The notes under the pieces: model-generated
The model's input: only the letters and a program-made list of their open reading frames with translations
What the model was told of the DNA's origin: nothing
Databases searched by the model: none
Shown: one piece after another, positions 26,204 through 51,100 of the stretch
Numbering within the stretch: position 1 is the stretch's first letter
Layout: every line of letters starts with the position of its first letter
Position numbers and translations under genes: made by a program
Source: Antechinus flavipes
Taxonomy: Eukaryota
Direction of reading: 5' to 3'
NCBI RefSeq assembly: GCF_016432865.1
Contig: NC_067401.1
Coordinates: 479,818,001 to 479,882,000, forward strand
Length of the DNA stretch: 64,000 nt

Positions 26204-27271
26204 AGACCAGGAGGATTGCCTCGCTGCAGGGAGAGCCCAGTTGAAGCTGACCAGATGGACGCTGGGACCCGCCGTGCCGGCTCCGGGAGCGGGAGCTCAG
26301 GCGGTCACGGAGGGGACGGCCATTCGGTGCTGGGTTGGCGAAGGAGGGAGGTCCGGTGCACGAGAACCTGAGCCTGTAAGCTCCTTGAGGGCAGAGAGCG
26401 GCCGTGCCTTCCTCTGTGTCCCCGCCACCCAGCCCAGTGCCCTGCACATAGTAGGCACTCAATAAATGCCTGAAGTTCTGCGCGTCAGGACCGAGGAGGG
26501 GAAGCGTGGGGGAGTCTCAGGGAAATGAACGAGCCGACGCTGCTTGGAGCCGTATAGAACGGGGAGGGTTTGGATCAAGGCTCCCCAGAGCATTGGGCAG
26601 TAACGGGGAGCCGTGCTGAGACTCTGGGGGGGGGAGATGGGATTAAGGAGGCTGCGAGGTGGGGGCCGAGACCAGGGCGGGGGGGAGGGAGAATGCGGGG
26701 GAGGGGGTGTCCCAGGGGACAGCGCCAGGATCTGTGTAAAGGGGAAGATCGGAATGGAAGAAACCTCAAAGGAAGAGGGGCTGCTGAGTGCTGGGGGGGG
26801 GGGGGAGGCTGAGGGGGCAACTGTGCAGTTCGCATCCAGGGAAGCCAGTGACTGAGGGGAATAGGAGGGGAAGGGGTCCGGCCCGAGGGGAGGGGACTGG
26901 CTGGGGGGAGGGAGGGAGGTGGCCGTCGGGGAGGGGGCGATGACGGCGTGTCAGAGGATGGGCTCCCCGCAGAGCCCCGGACTTGTGGGGTGCGGGGCCG
27001 CTTCTCTCGGAGCAGCCGAGTCCCGGCCACAAGTGGGGGCGGGACGGAGGAGCTGGGTTCCAAAGCGCTCGCGGCCGGGGGGCGGGGCCCTGCTTTGAAG
27101 GCTGCGGGACTACTTGGGGCAATACGGCCGGGCTGCGGCACTAGGCGGGTCATTACGGGCCGGCCTCCGAGGTCGCCGGCTCGGAGCTGTTTGGGGGCTC
27201 CGGTGGGTCGGAGGTTCGAGTCCCGCCTCCGCGCTCTTGCCCCGGCCGGCACCCCTTCCCCGCGCCGGGCC

Positions 27272-39427
<12,156 letters not shown>

Positions 39428-39596
39428 GCACCCCGGCCTGGCAGTGCCCCCAGGCAGTGTGGCACGGGCTCTGGCCTTCAGAGTGCCTCAGGACAGCAGC
39501 GAGTGCCTTCTCTCCCATGCCTCCGCCGGGGGCCGATGCCCTCCCCGTCCTTCTGAGGCTGGGCTGCTCCAGGGGGCTGGGAGGTGGCTCCTTCCC

Positions 39597-39602
39597 AATA
39601 AA
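39597..39602 (+). terminator. Candidate polyadenylation signal of HECTD3
   Basis: AATAAA 170 nt after the stop codon. Confidence 0.55.
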
Positions 39603-40892
39603 CCACTTCCCCGCTCTCTCGGGTCAGCTGTGGTTCCTTGGAGTCGTGGAGGAGGCAGGGGTCAAGCTCCAGCTGGCCTCGGGTGCCTTGGAGAGCTGGA
39701 ACCCCCCGGCCTCGGGGCCTCAGGAAGGCAGCCTGCTGGGGTTCTGCGGGGTTCTGGTGCTACCCGGCTTCCGCCTCAGCATCCCTGGAGCCCGGGAGAC
39801 TGCTGTGTCCCAACATTCAGTTGTAACTATCCCCACACAGGCTCCCAAGGTTCCTCCTCCTCCAGAGGAGCAGCCATCACTTCTTAGACTTTTCTTGGGG
39901 GTGGAGGTGGGGGCTGGAAAGAGGCCTGAAATCCTGCTTTGGGGATGCGAGCAGATGGAATCGTAACCCAAAGTATGACCTAGTTAGAGCCGGATCCTGG
40001 GCGTCTACTGGGGAAGCCTTATCCAGCAGCTCTGCCTTTAAGGTGCAGGGTCCCAACCTTTCTTGTGTCATGGACCCCCTTGGTGGGCGGACTCCTCAGA
40101 AGAACGCTTTAAAATTCTCTATATACCTTCCAGATAATCACAGAGAAAACTCACTATAGTAAAATGCAGCTGTTGTGTTAAAAACAAACAAACAAACAAA
40201 CAAAAACAAACTTCTGGGCCCGAGTTAAGAACCCTGCTTTAAGGGACTGTCCACTTGGGGCTTTTGGATTCTTTCCTGAGAGCACAAATTGGGGAGAGTC
40301 TGTTCTCACAATCAGGTCCTCCTCCCTTTTGTCTGTAGCAGGCTAGAAAAGAAAGGGCCTTGGCCATACTCTCGGAGGATGTGAGGTGGGTGGGCCAACC
40401 TTCCTCAGGATAATCTCCAGATTTTCAGCGTCCTTCCTAAATGCAGCCTCCAGATCTGAGCAGACTCCAGCTAGGAGTGGTCCGACTAAAGCTGGGGACT
40501 ACGGGGATGATGACTTCTCCCCTTTTTTCTTGGAGCTTGGCTTTTTATCAAGGGTTTCTTTGACCATTCCATCGTGCTGCTCATCAGGAACTTGTAGTGG
40601 AGCCGCTAAACACCCCCGATCTTTCCCCCATAAACTGCCGTCTCACTACACCTCCCTGATCCTGGGCTCGTAATGCTGATTGTTTGGGCCCAAGTGTAAA
40701 ACTTTACATTTATTCCTGCTGTGTTTAGTCTCCTAAGACTTTGATATCACTTTTATTTGTGTATTCTCCCACTTGATTACATATTCCCAAAGGGCAGGAA
40801 CTTAATGTTTAATATGATGGGGATCTTTACCTTATATGAGACTAATAGATCATATCCCCAAGGACCTGGCTCCAAATTCTCCCCCCCCCCTT

Positions 40893-41023
40893 TTTAAAAA
40901 ATATTTATTTATCTGTCTATTTTTTGCTAAGGCTAGGAAGTGTTAAATGTCTGAGGCCAGATTTGAACTCAGGTCTTCCTGACTTCAGGGCTGATACTCT
41001 ATCCACTGCGCCCCTAGCTGCTC
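40893..41023 (-). mobile_element. Marsupial tRNA-derived SINE (WSINE1-like, internally truncated)
   Basis: gctaggaagtgttaaatgtctgaggccagatttgaactcaggtcttcctgacttcagggc...atccactgcgccc ctagctgc. Confidence 0.7.
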
Positions 41024-44000
41024 CTTCCATCTGCCTTTTAGAGTTCTAGGGGTACCCCTGAAGCTGTGAGTGACGGTGGGGTACCTTGTCAATGCTATTG
41101 GCTTGAGCCCTCATTCTGGTGTGTTTCCTTCAATATCAATCAACAGTTTCCCCTTCTAGTTAGTGCCAATTGATACTTCTTCAGGATCACTGACACCATT
41201 AAAGACAGTATCAATCTGATCGATTAACATTAAGTAGCCTGCAAAAGCTTTTCCCCAGAATTAGCTAGATCAGAAGTACAAAAACTTCCTCTCAGCCCCG
41301 GGACGGGCTTTCCCACTTACAATCTCAATCCTTGGAGGAAAGGGGGGTTTACAACAAAAGCCAGAAAATGCTCTGGATTAGAGCACTTGGGTTCAGGTCT
41401 GGGCTTGACCATTTTACTACCAGATCACCTTTCTAGACCTCAGTTTTCTCATCTGTATAATGAAAGGGTCACAACTACATGACTTTCAGCTCTAAATCCT
41501 GCCTTTGGGGAGATGCTGAAGGGAGATATCTCCTTGTGGGAGTCAACCTTTTCTTAGCCATTTTTATTATGGTCAATAAATGGTGGCCATCATATGTTGA
41601 CTGAGTTCCATGACTAAGGGAGGTTGTGGCTTATAAAGACAAGGTTCTAGGTGTGGGATAGGGATATCAGAGCTGTGTAGTTAGTATTCTTGATGTTCTG
41701 AACAATTTTCCATAGCCCCGGATGATTTCTTAACCATGTTACCTCTCGAAGTTTTTTCAGCGGTGATTTTCATCCTTCAAATTGTTCGGGGTCTTGGTTA
41801 AATGTGGTTTTTGAGGGAAACTGGGAGAGCTCGAGCAGCTTCTTGATTTTACTCCGCCACCCCCATTATAATGCTTGAATACTATATAATTGAAGGCTGA
41901 GCATCCTCTCATGGCCAAAGGAGATCTCTTATGTGTCCTGCTCTTTGGGACGCCTCTTAGGGTTTTCTTGGCACTTATTGGAGTGGTTTGCCATTTCCTT
42001 CCCTAGTTCCTTTTATAGCTGAGGAAACTGAGGCAAATGGGTGAGGGACTTGTCCAGGGCTCACCCGGCTTGAGTTGGCTGTTAACGTAGGACTTCCTGA
42101 TTACGTGCCTGTGCCATTCCGCAGCCCAGCCAGAGGGGATACTGTGGCACTTTGAATATTATTCCACTCATGCAACAGCAAAGGCATGTGGTGATTAACT
42201 TCCCCGATGGCTCAGAGAGAGCTCAGGGACCTGCTGGACAGCCGTTTGCTGGATGATTAATGCAGTGACATGCTTCCATCGTGTAAGGAAGGCTGTCGGG
42301 GAGCATCTCTGTAACGTCTCAGGTATCATGTGAGGGACACAAAAGATATCATGAGAAAAGCACTTTGTAAACAGCAAGTCATCAAAATCCAGAACGATTT
42401 TTCTTTGTGGGGGACTGCCTACTACTGCTCAATGAGATGATCTCCACTTAACAATTCCAGGTGCCTTTGGAGCCACTGGTGTCTAGGAAGCTCCAGAGTG
42501 AAGATACAAATCCGTGGTGGGAAAGGCTCAGCTCTGTAAACAGTTTATGCCCTTGAGCCGAGTGCTGACCAGCTCTTAGCTCCATGTTCCTCTCCGCCAC
42601 CCCCATAGTAGAGTGTGAGTTGGATCCATGGCTTTGCCCTTTTTTGTACTAGCCAGTAAGAGCTTAACATGCTTGTTGTCTGCCCATCCTCCAGCGTCTG
42701 GTTTGACTTACAGGTTGGCTCACGCAATGAGTTCCAGCCTGGCTGACACGTGCTCCCGATACACAGCTGGGAAAAGTCCCAGAGTTCACGAGCTTGCTCC
42801 ATTCAGGACAGTTTTGCCATTCTGATGACAGCAAGGGAAACCACCAACACCAGATTCATGTGTTTACAGATCATTCCACACCCGATTAAAGAAGGAAATT
42901 TTCCTTTAATTCTCTTGGAAACACTAAGCAAATACCAGGGAACCATGTCAAAGCTTGTGAGAATCCCATTAGGCCGTTCCTGGGCTGGGGAACAAAATTA
43001 GCGAAACACCAGTGTTTGAGGCTGACATTTGGTTGATAAATTGGGCTCGCTGTCATCTCCCCTTTTTATCTTTGATCTGACAATCTGAAAACAATGATTC
43101 CTTTTCCAGTGGCTAGTCCTCAACCAGCAAGTGGTTAGGGGACAAGGGTCCTGTAGTGAGATGATGGGGTAGGCTCAGGCAAACTGCTGACGACCCTTAA
43201 AGGGTCTGTGAGAATTTTCTGGCCTCCCACGGGGTCCCCTTCCCAGCATCCTGTGGGAATAAGGAATGTGAAATAATCATGTAAGTAGAAACCTATGGAG
43301 TCATTTCATTAATTGCTTGGGATAGCTAATGGTTTTCATATTTATGTTGGTGAGGGCTGGAACAGATTCCAGGCTCAGCCTTGGTCTGATCTTCAGGGCC
43401 AGGTAGAAATAGCTAGGGTCCTTTGGAGGACCTTGACACCACAATTTTGGGGTTTGTAATGTTGAAAATCAAACAAAGCATAGAATCACAGAAAAAACTC
43501 CCAAAATTGGAATCCTATTATTTCTTTAACATATATATTATTTCATAGGTGGGAGTGCTAAAGAGTTGGACTTGAGTCTACTCTCCCCGGCACTGAAAGC
43601 TTGATTGAGCTGGGCCTCCTGTTTTCCCTCTCTGTTCGCTGTGGAATTTTTTCTTTCTTTGATTTTTTTTTTTTGTCAACCCTTTTCTCTTGCCTGAAAA
43701 TCCCTCACATACACCATAAAGAGCCAACAAAAAAGCAGAGCACCAAGATTTGTTGGGTGGGAAGTTTACTAACCACCAAATGTCATTTTATTTTCATATC
43801 ACATATGACTCAAGATTATGAAATAAGAATCATATCTACTATGACTCAAGATTAAGAAATAAAAGAGCCTGAGGACTTGTAGAAAAAATTGAAGCCTCAA
43901 CATTTTATACCAGAAACAATTTATTTAAAAAGAAAATCCAGGGACGCAGGAGAATCTCCAGATAATATAACAAAAGATGAAATGACTATTTCTTTACAAA

Positions 44001-44324
44001 AAAGGAAACAGCTATTCACTAGTATGGAAATATTCCAAATATGCTATTTGTGTGCAATTAGACTAGCCACTTGTAACCCCAACTTAGAAGAATAAAAAAG
44101 AAGATATAATCTGCTTCTAAACAGCTCCAACCTGACCTGCTTGAATACACATTGATACTAAAAAAATGAGAAAGAAATAAAGGAACAGAAATTGACACAG
44201 ACAATCAGTGTTTCCTAAGGAAGTTTAATTGATTTATTTAAATCATTTTTCACAATTAAGAGACCCAATGATTGTCTCAGGAAGTAAACATTTGATCTTG
44301 TTCATCAACAAGGGGCTGTACCGT

Positions 44325-44535
44325 AGATAGAACAGACACTGAAGTTAGGAAAAGCTGTGTTCAAATTTGATCTCAGAACTAGCTATTATCTTGGGCAAAT
44401 CATTTCACCCTGTTTGGCTCAATTTCCTCATCTGTAAAATGGTAAAATGAGCTGGAGAAGGAAATGGCAAGCCTCTCCAGCATCTTTATCAAGAATACCC
44501 CAAATGAGGTCTGAATAAGTTAAACACAACTGAAG
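44325..44535 (+). mobile_element. MAR1-type CORE-SINE with RTE-derived tail
   Basis: CORE ...cctgtttggctcaatttcctcatctgtaaaatg followed by gagctggagaaggaaatggcaagcctctccagcatcttt...acacaactgaa. Confidence 0.65.
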
Positions 44536-44854
44536 AAAAATGGCAAAACACACTTTTCAAGAAAATCTGGCATACAAAGATAAAGCAGATTAGAATAAAA
44601 ACACATTTGGATAATCTTACAGGAAAACAGATTATGAATTTCATCACGTAACAAAATAATGAGAAGAGATGGAGGAGAAATGAGTTTTTAGAAAGCTTAG
44701 GAAATGACCCAGTTCAGCTAGACTTAAGAACTTTTGAAAACTAGAAAAGATTATCCATATTACTGTAAGAAATTTCTCTTCATCAGAGATTGGGGAGCTG
44801 TCACGTTTGGAATCTAACTTTGTCCTTGGTGTGATACTTACATAAAGAAGCAAG

Positions 44855-45223
44855 AGCGCAGTAATGAACTGAACCAGCTACACCCAGCGAAAGAACTCTG
44901 GAAGATGACTATAAACCATTACATCGAATTCCCAATCCCTCTATTTTTCCCCGCCTGCATTTTTGATTTCCTTCACAGGCTAATTGTACACTATTTCAAA
45001 GCCTGATTCTTTTTGTACAGCAAAATAACTGTTTGGACATGTATACTTATATTGTATTTAATTTATACTTTAACATATTTAACATGTATTGGCCAACCTG
45101 CTATCGGGGGAAAGGAATGGGGGGGACGAGGGGAAAAAGTGGAACAAAAGGTTTGGCAATTGTCAGTGCTGTAAAATTACCCATGCATATAACTTATAAA
45201 TAAAAAGCTATTAAAAAAAAAAA
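44855..45223 (+). mobile_element. 5'-truncated L1 3' end with polyA tail
   Basis: ccagctacacccagcgaaagaactctgg...gtacagcaaaataactg...aataaaaagctattaaaaaaaaaaa. Confidence 0.75.
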
Positions 45224-46659
45224 GCAGGAGCACCATCAGACTTATTCTCTAGAGAAATTAAAGAAGAAACAGACCGATAGATATAAAACCATTTATATTG
45301 GCTCTTTTTGTGGTTGCCAAAACCTGGAAACTGAGGGGATGCCTATCATTTAGGGAACAGAGGAAAAAGTTATGGTATATGAACGTGATAGAATATGGTT
45401 TTGCCATGAGATAGTGAAGGTTTCAGAGAAGCCTGGAAGGACGCGGTAAATGGAGCCAGAGGGAAGTGAGCAGAAGCAGAGAATTGAGTTGCTAACAACA
45501 CTGTGAAGAAAAACAGTTTTGAAAGGCTTCAGCACTCTGGCCAGCCCAATTGCTGTCACAGCTCCAGAAGACTGACAGTGAAGCCCTGACCAAGTTCATG
45601 GATCCTAGGCAGAATTGGGGCAGATCCTGGAGAGCTCTGCACGGGCAGAGCGGGCGAGAGGGTGTTCGCCCCCAGGAGAGGGCGGACAAGATGGCCCAGG
45701 GCTCCCTCCTGGCCAGATGGAGAAGGAATGAGCAGGGATGGAGATGGCTTCTAGTTGCTAAGGAAACTTCAGCCTGGGGAGATGCAGGACCGGCATTTAG
45801 GGCCCTCTAGTGGGCAGTGGGGGGACTGGAGCATGTGGGGAGACCCGGGCTGGATATACGGGAGGGCCCACTTGGCTGGGGGATTGAACGTGTTGCCCCC
45901 TGGCGGAGAAATTGGTCAATTCCTGGTGCTGTTTGGCGCTTCTGTAGCCTTGCTTACACTAGGGCAGTGCCCCAGAGGGTCCCGGGACAGCCGCCGAGTG
46001 CCCACCCAGGGTGTCACACTAGGGGACTGCGGCTTGTGAGATGGGCTGTGCGAAGGGGGCTGCTCCGGAAGCCAGGGACAGGATGGGACGGAGGCCTAGA
46101 AGGTGCTGGCATCCTGTGCCCGGCGCGGAGTGGGGACTCGGTGAAGGCCGGAGGACAAGAAGGGAGAACCTGGGTGGGGGGAGAAAGCCACCTCTGGCTG
46201 CCCCTCTCCCTCCTCCTTCCCCCCTCCTCCCTTCCATCACTTCCACCTCCTCCTCCCGCTCCCCTTCACCTCCTCCTCTCCTCCGGGCCGGGCCGGCCTG
46301 AAACCCTGCCCCTTCCCAGGGGTTTCCTTTGGACCACCTGCAGGTCGGCGAGCGGGGCAGCTGCCCCGGAGGTAATGGGCTTCCCCTGACCGCAACTGGG
46401 GAGGGGCAGGCAGCGGGATGGGGACGCTGAGCCCTGCGGAAGTCGTGAGCTCCCCGGGCCAGCAGCTGCTTCCCCCGGGGAGAGCCGACTGCGGAGGACG
46501 GGTCTGCTCCCCTTGCTCCCTTGCTCCGGAGGCAGTGAGCTCGCTGTCCTGCAGGCTGCCTTCCCCCTGCCTCTATTTCTCCTCTTGCCTCCGAGCTCAG
46601 AGGATCCTTTGCTCGGCGCTCGTTTAGTTCTGCTTGGTCCTGGATCTTGGCTCCGCCCC

Positions 46660-46758
46660 CAGCCGATTGATGTGCGCGGACATCTCTGCGCAAGCGCAGT
46701 AACCGCGTGGCCGCCATTGGGCTGTCAGTCTGGCATGCGACTGAGCACTGGAGCAGAG
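46660..46758 (+). promoter_or_regulatory. EIF2B3: EIF2B3 CpG-island promoter and non-coding exon 1
   Basis: NRF1-like tgcgcaagcgca at about 46686, YY1-like ggccgccatt at about 46709, donor GAG|gtgaga at 46758/46759. The next exon has a short 5' UTR before the ATG. TSS not precisely placed. Confidence 0.6.
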
Positions 46759-46794
46759 GTGAGACTTGGGCGAGCGAGGGGGACGGTCTGTCTG

Positions 46795-47350
46795 TGAGAG
46801 CCCGGGGTCTCTGACCTGGGGGGCAGGGTCCGCACGTAGGAAGCCTCGGGGTCTCTGACATGGGGGAAGGGCCGTGTGTAGTGAGCCTCGGGGTCTCTGA
46901 CCTGGAGGGAGGGTCCATATGTAGTGAGCCCTAGCATCTCTGACTTGGGGGGATAGTCCGTCCGTAGGGGTCCCGGGGGCTCTGACCTGGAGGGATAGTC
47001 CGTCCGTAGGGGTCCCGGGGTCTCTGACCTGGGGGGATAGTCCGTCCGTAGGGGTCCCGGGGTCTCTGACCTGGAGGAATAGTCCGTCTGTAAGGGTCCT
47101 GGGGTTTCTGACCTGGGGGGATAGTCCGTCTGTAGGGGTCCCGGGGGCTCTGACCTGGAGGGGATAGTCCGTCCGTAGGGGGTCCTGGGGTCTCTGACCT
47201 GAAGGAGGAGAGTCAGCGTCTCTGACTGGGGGGAAGGTCCGTATGTAGGGAGCCCCAGGGTCTGAGACCTGGAAGGCAGATCCGTTGTAAGGAGTCTCGG
47301 GGTCTCTAGGGGAGGCAGGGTCAGTGTGAAAGCCCCAGGGTGTCTGACCT
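46795..47350 (+). repeat. Minisatellite of about 38 bp (about x13) at the start of EIF2B3 intron 1
   Basis: ggggtctctgacctgg(a/g)gggatagtccgtccgtagggg(t)ccc repeated. Confidence 0.85.
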
Positions 47351-48049
47351 GGGGAACATGGGGATGTAACATGAGTGGGTTTGGTTGTCCCAGCCGGCTC
47401 CCTCGTTTCAGTCCCGGCTGGGATGTGTCTGCCCGCCCCAGCCTTCCATGGTGCAAGATGTAGATGGAGAGAGCCGAGGGTGACGGTACCAGGTCTTGCA
47501 GAGAAGCAGGGACAAATGAGTTGGGCTGCCCTCGAAGAGACACCACATCCTGCCAGCCTCCCAAGGAAACCTCCCCTTGGGGCAAAGGACTTCTTGGCTG
47601 CTTAAGGCTTAAAATGGCATGGTGGGACCCCAGTCTTTGTGGGGCTTCTGTTAACTGGAGTTAATCTTGGGACAAAACCTAAAATTAAGCGGAATCAGAA
47701 AAAGTGGAATTTTAGCAGAGAGTTGAAGGAAGCCGGGGAGCCAGAAGGCAGAAATGAGGAGGGGGGGGGGTGTTTCAGGGGAAAATGCAGAGGTTTGGGA
47801 GAGAAATCTTGTGAGAGAAATGGCCAAGAGGCCAGTGTTGCTATAGGAGAGGGAGGGGGTGATGTAAGGTGTAAGAAAACTCAGGAGGATGGGGCAGATT
47901 ATGAAGGGCTTTAAAAGCCAAACAGGATTTTATTATTTGATCTTGGAGGTGACAGGGAACCACTGGAGTTTATTGAAAATGTGCATGTTTGTGTGACGCT
48001 AGACCTGTGATTTGGGAAGATCAGGGAAACCCATCAGACTATTGGAACA

Positions 48050-51000
48050 GTAGCCCAGGCATAAGGTGATGAGTGGCTCTTCACCCCCAGGTGAACACAG
48101 CTCATCTTTAATGTACAGTACAAAGTGAAGAAATAGGCTGGGGAAATGAGCAAACAACAAGAAAAGAACTTAACCCTCAAAAACTACTATGATGGTAGGG
48201 AAGAGCAACATAAACCAAGATATATACTCCAAAGAAGACTCTGAAACTAGCTACAAACAAAGTTTCAAAAAAAAAAAAAAAAAAGCTAATTGGACTTAAG
48301 GCCAACAAGAATCACTGGAAGAGTTAAAGAAATAGATAGATGTGGTAGAGGAAAAACTGGGAAAAGAAATGAGAATGATGCGAGAAAAGTATGAAGATAA
48401 AAGAGGCACACGTACAAATACTATAGGGAAAAAATACTTTTAAAAAACAGAACTGGCTTAATAGTAAAAGAGGCATAAAAACTCACTGAAGAAAAGAACT
48501 CCTTTAAAAGCAGAATTGGCCAAATTGAAAAAGAGATACAAAGACTCATTGAAAGAAATAATTTCTCGAATACAATATTAAATAGTAACGGTGATAGTGG
48601 GCAACATTGTTTTGCTCCTGATCTTATTGGGAATGGTTGCAGTTTGTCCCATTACATATGATGCTTACTGCTGGTTTTAAATAGGTACTCCTGATTATTT
48701 TAAGGAAAAGTCCATTTATTCCTATACTCTCAAGAGTTTTTAATAGGAATGGATGTTGGATTTTATCAAATGCTTTTTCTGCATCTATTGAGATGATCAT
48801 ATGGTTTTTGTTAATTTGATTATTAATATGGCCAATTATACTGATAGTTTTCCTAATATTGAACTAGCCCTGCATTCCTGGTATAAATCCTACTTGATTG
48901 TGGTGTATTATCCTGGGAATGATTTTCTGTAGTGAAATAAATAATTTCTTAAAAATTAGAATTGGGCACGTGTAAGCTAATGGCTCCCCAAAACTTCAGG
49001 AAACAAAACAAAATTAAAAAACTATAAGAGAAAAAAAAAGTAAAATGCTTCATTGGAAAAATGGTGGGGAAAAGAGATCAAAGAGATAAGGTTATTGAAC
49101 AACTCAAAAGCCATGATAAAAAAAAAAAAGCTAGATAGCATATTTCAAAAGATTATCAAGGAAAACTGCCTTGATTTCTTAAATCCAGAGAATAAAATAG
49201 AAATTGAAAGAATCCAATAATCACCTCCTAATTCTAGAGTTTCCATGTCAAGGAGAAAATTTTGCAAGCAATTAGAAATAACAATTCAAATATTGTGGAG
49301 CCACAGTTGGGAATTAGACAAAATTTAACAGCTTCCATGTTAAAAGAACAGAGGGCTTAGAATATATTCCAGAAGGCAAAGGACCTAGCATTACAAGTAA
49401 GAATAAATACCCAGCAAAACTGAATATAATCTTTGAATGGGGGAGAGGGGGAAGGGAAGAACATTTTTTTGGAAATAGAGAATTTCTAAGCATTTCTGAT
49501 GAAAAGACCCAAGCTAAATGGAATTTGATATTCAGGCAGAACTCAAGAAAAGCATAAAAAAGTTAACATGGAAGAATAACCATAAATTGTTATATCATGG
49601 GAAGATGATACATGTAACTCCTAAGACTCTTATTATTAGAGCAGTTTGATAGTCTCCAGAGACCAAGGACATGGTTGTTAATTATTTTGGGATGATCTCC
49701 AAAAAAAATTCAGGAATAAGACAAAGGGTTGCCTTGGGAAAAAGAGCAAGGGAAAGCTAGAGTGGGGAAATTTTTCTCACATAAAAGAGCCTTGCAAGGA
49801 AGAGCTTTTATAGCTGTGGGCTGGTGTGGGATGCAATGCTTGAACCTTATTCATCAGAATTAGTTCAAAGACAAACATCTGTCTTAGCTAATAGAGAAAT
49901 AAGAGGGGAAGGGAAATAAGAGATGAGGAGATGATAAAAGGAAGAGTGGATTAAGGGAGGCAGTCAGAAGCAAAACAGACTTTTGAAGAGGAAAGGATAA
50001 AAAGATAAAGAAGGATAAATAGAAGAAAATAGAATGGTGGGAAATGTAATCACCATGAATGTGAATGGGATGAGCCAACCCATAGACTGGAAGCAAATAC
50101 AAGAATGGATTAGTAAACTAAGTCCAATGACATGTTGTGTACAAGAGACTTGTAACAGAAAATCACACATAGAGTTAAAGTAAAGGGCTGTAATAGAATT
50201 TAATATGCTTCAGCTGAAGTAAAAAGGCAGGGATAGCAATCATGACCTCAGACAAATCAAAGCAAAAACAGACCTAATTAAAAGACCTAATCAGGGAAAC
50301 TACATTTTTCTAGAAAGTACTATAGACAGTGAAATAATATAAAAAATTTTCACAGTAAATTTCATTAAGGCCTCATTTTTCAAACATATAAGGAACTGAG
50401 TCAAATTTATAAAAAATAAGAGCCATTCCCCAATTGATAAATTATTAAAGGATATGAACAAGCAGTTTTCAGAAGAAATCAAATTTGTCTGTAGGGAAAA
50501 AATGGGAAAAAATGCTCTAAATTAAAGTAAGGCAAATTAAAACAGTTCTGAGGTGCCATCTCACTCTTATGACATGCATATATACCCTTTGATTCTGCCA
50601 TACCCACTACTACTGTATCCCAAAGAAGAGCAAAGAAAAAAGGAGTACCTATAATGTATAAAAATATTTATAGCATCTCTTTTTTTATGGTAAAAAAGGA
50701 TTGAATATCAAGAATTGCTTCTCTAATTGAGGAATAGCTGAACATATGGTGTGATGGTGATGGAATATTCTAAGAAATGGCAAGGGTGAAGAGTGATTTC
50801 ATAAAAACATGTCAAGATTCATATGAACTAATGCAATGTGAACAAACTATACACAGTAACAGCAGTGCAGTAATAATGACCAAATGTGAAAGTCTTGGCT
50901 ACTCTGCTTAATACAGCAATCCAAGACAATTTCAAAAGAATCATGATAAAAAATGTTGTCGTCTTCAGAGAGAGAATGATGATCTCCAAATGCATAATGA

Positions 51001-51100
51001 AGTATAATTTTACTTTTTTTTCCTTTGTTTTATGCCATGGCTAATATGGGAATATATTTTGCATGATTTCACGTGTATAATTGATTGTAGCCACAAAATG
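48050..51100 (+). mobile_element. Old degraded L1 (ORF1/ORF2/3' remnants) with a nested antisense L1 fragment at 48567-48933
   Basis: A-rich sense remnants (gaaagaatcca..tcacctcc, catgaatgtgaatgggatga, ccattccccaattgataaa). The nested fragment is antisense ORF2-type sequence (gcatctattgagatgatcatatggttttt). Confidence 0.65.

Noticed and set aside
40386-40673. Minus-strand frame reading …DLEAAFRKDAENLEIILRK…
   Set aside because: It contains a stop codon and matches the L3/CR1 RT C-terminal motif (ttaggaaggac..tga.aa.ctggag).
46019-46918. 299-aa ORF on - across the EIF2B3 promoter
   Set aside because: Produced by CpG-island composition and the minisatellite; no homology.
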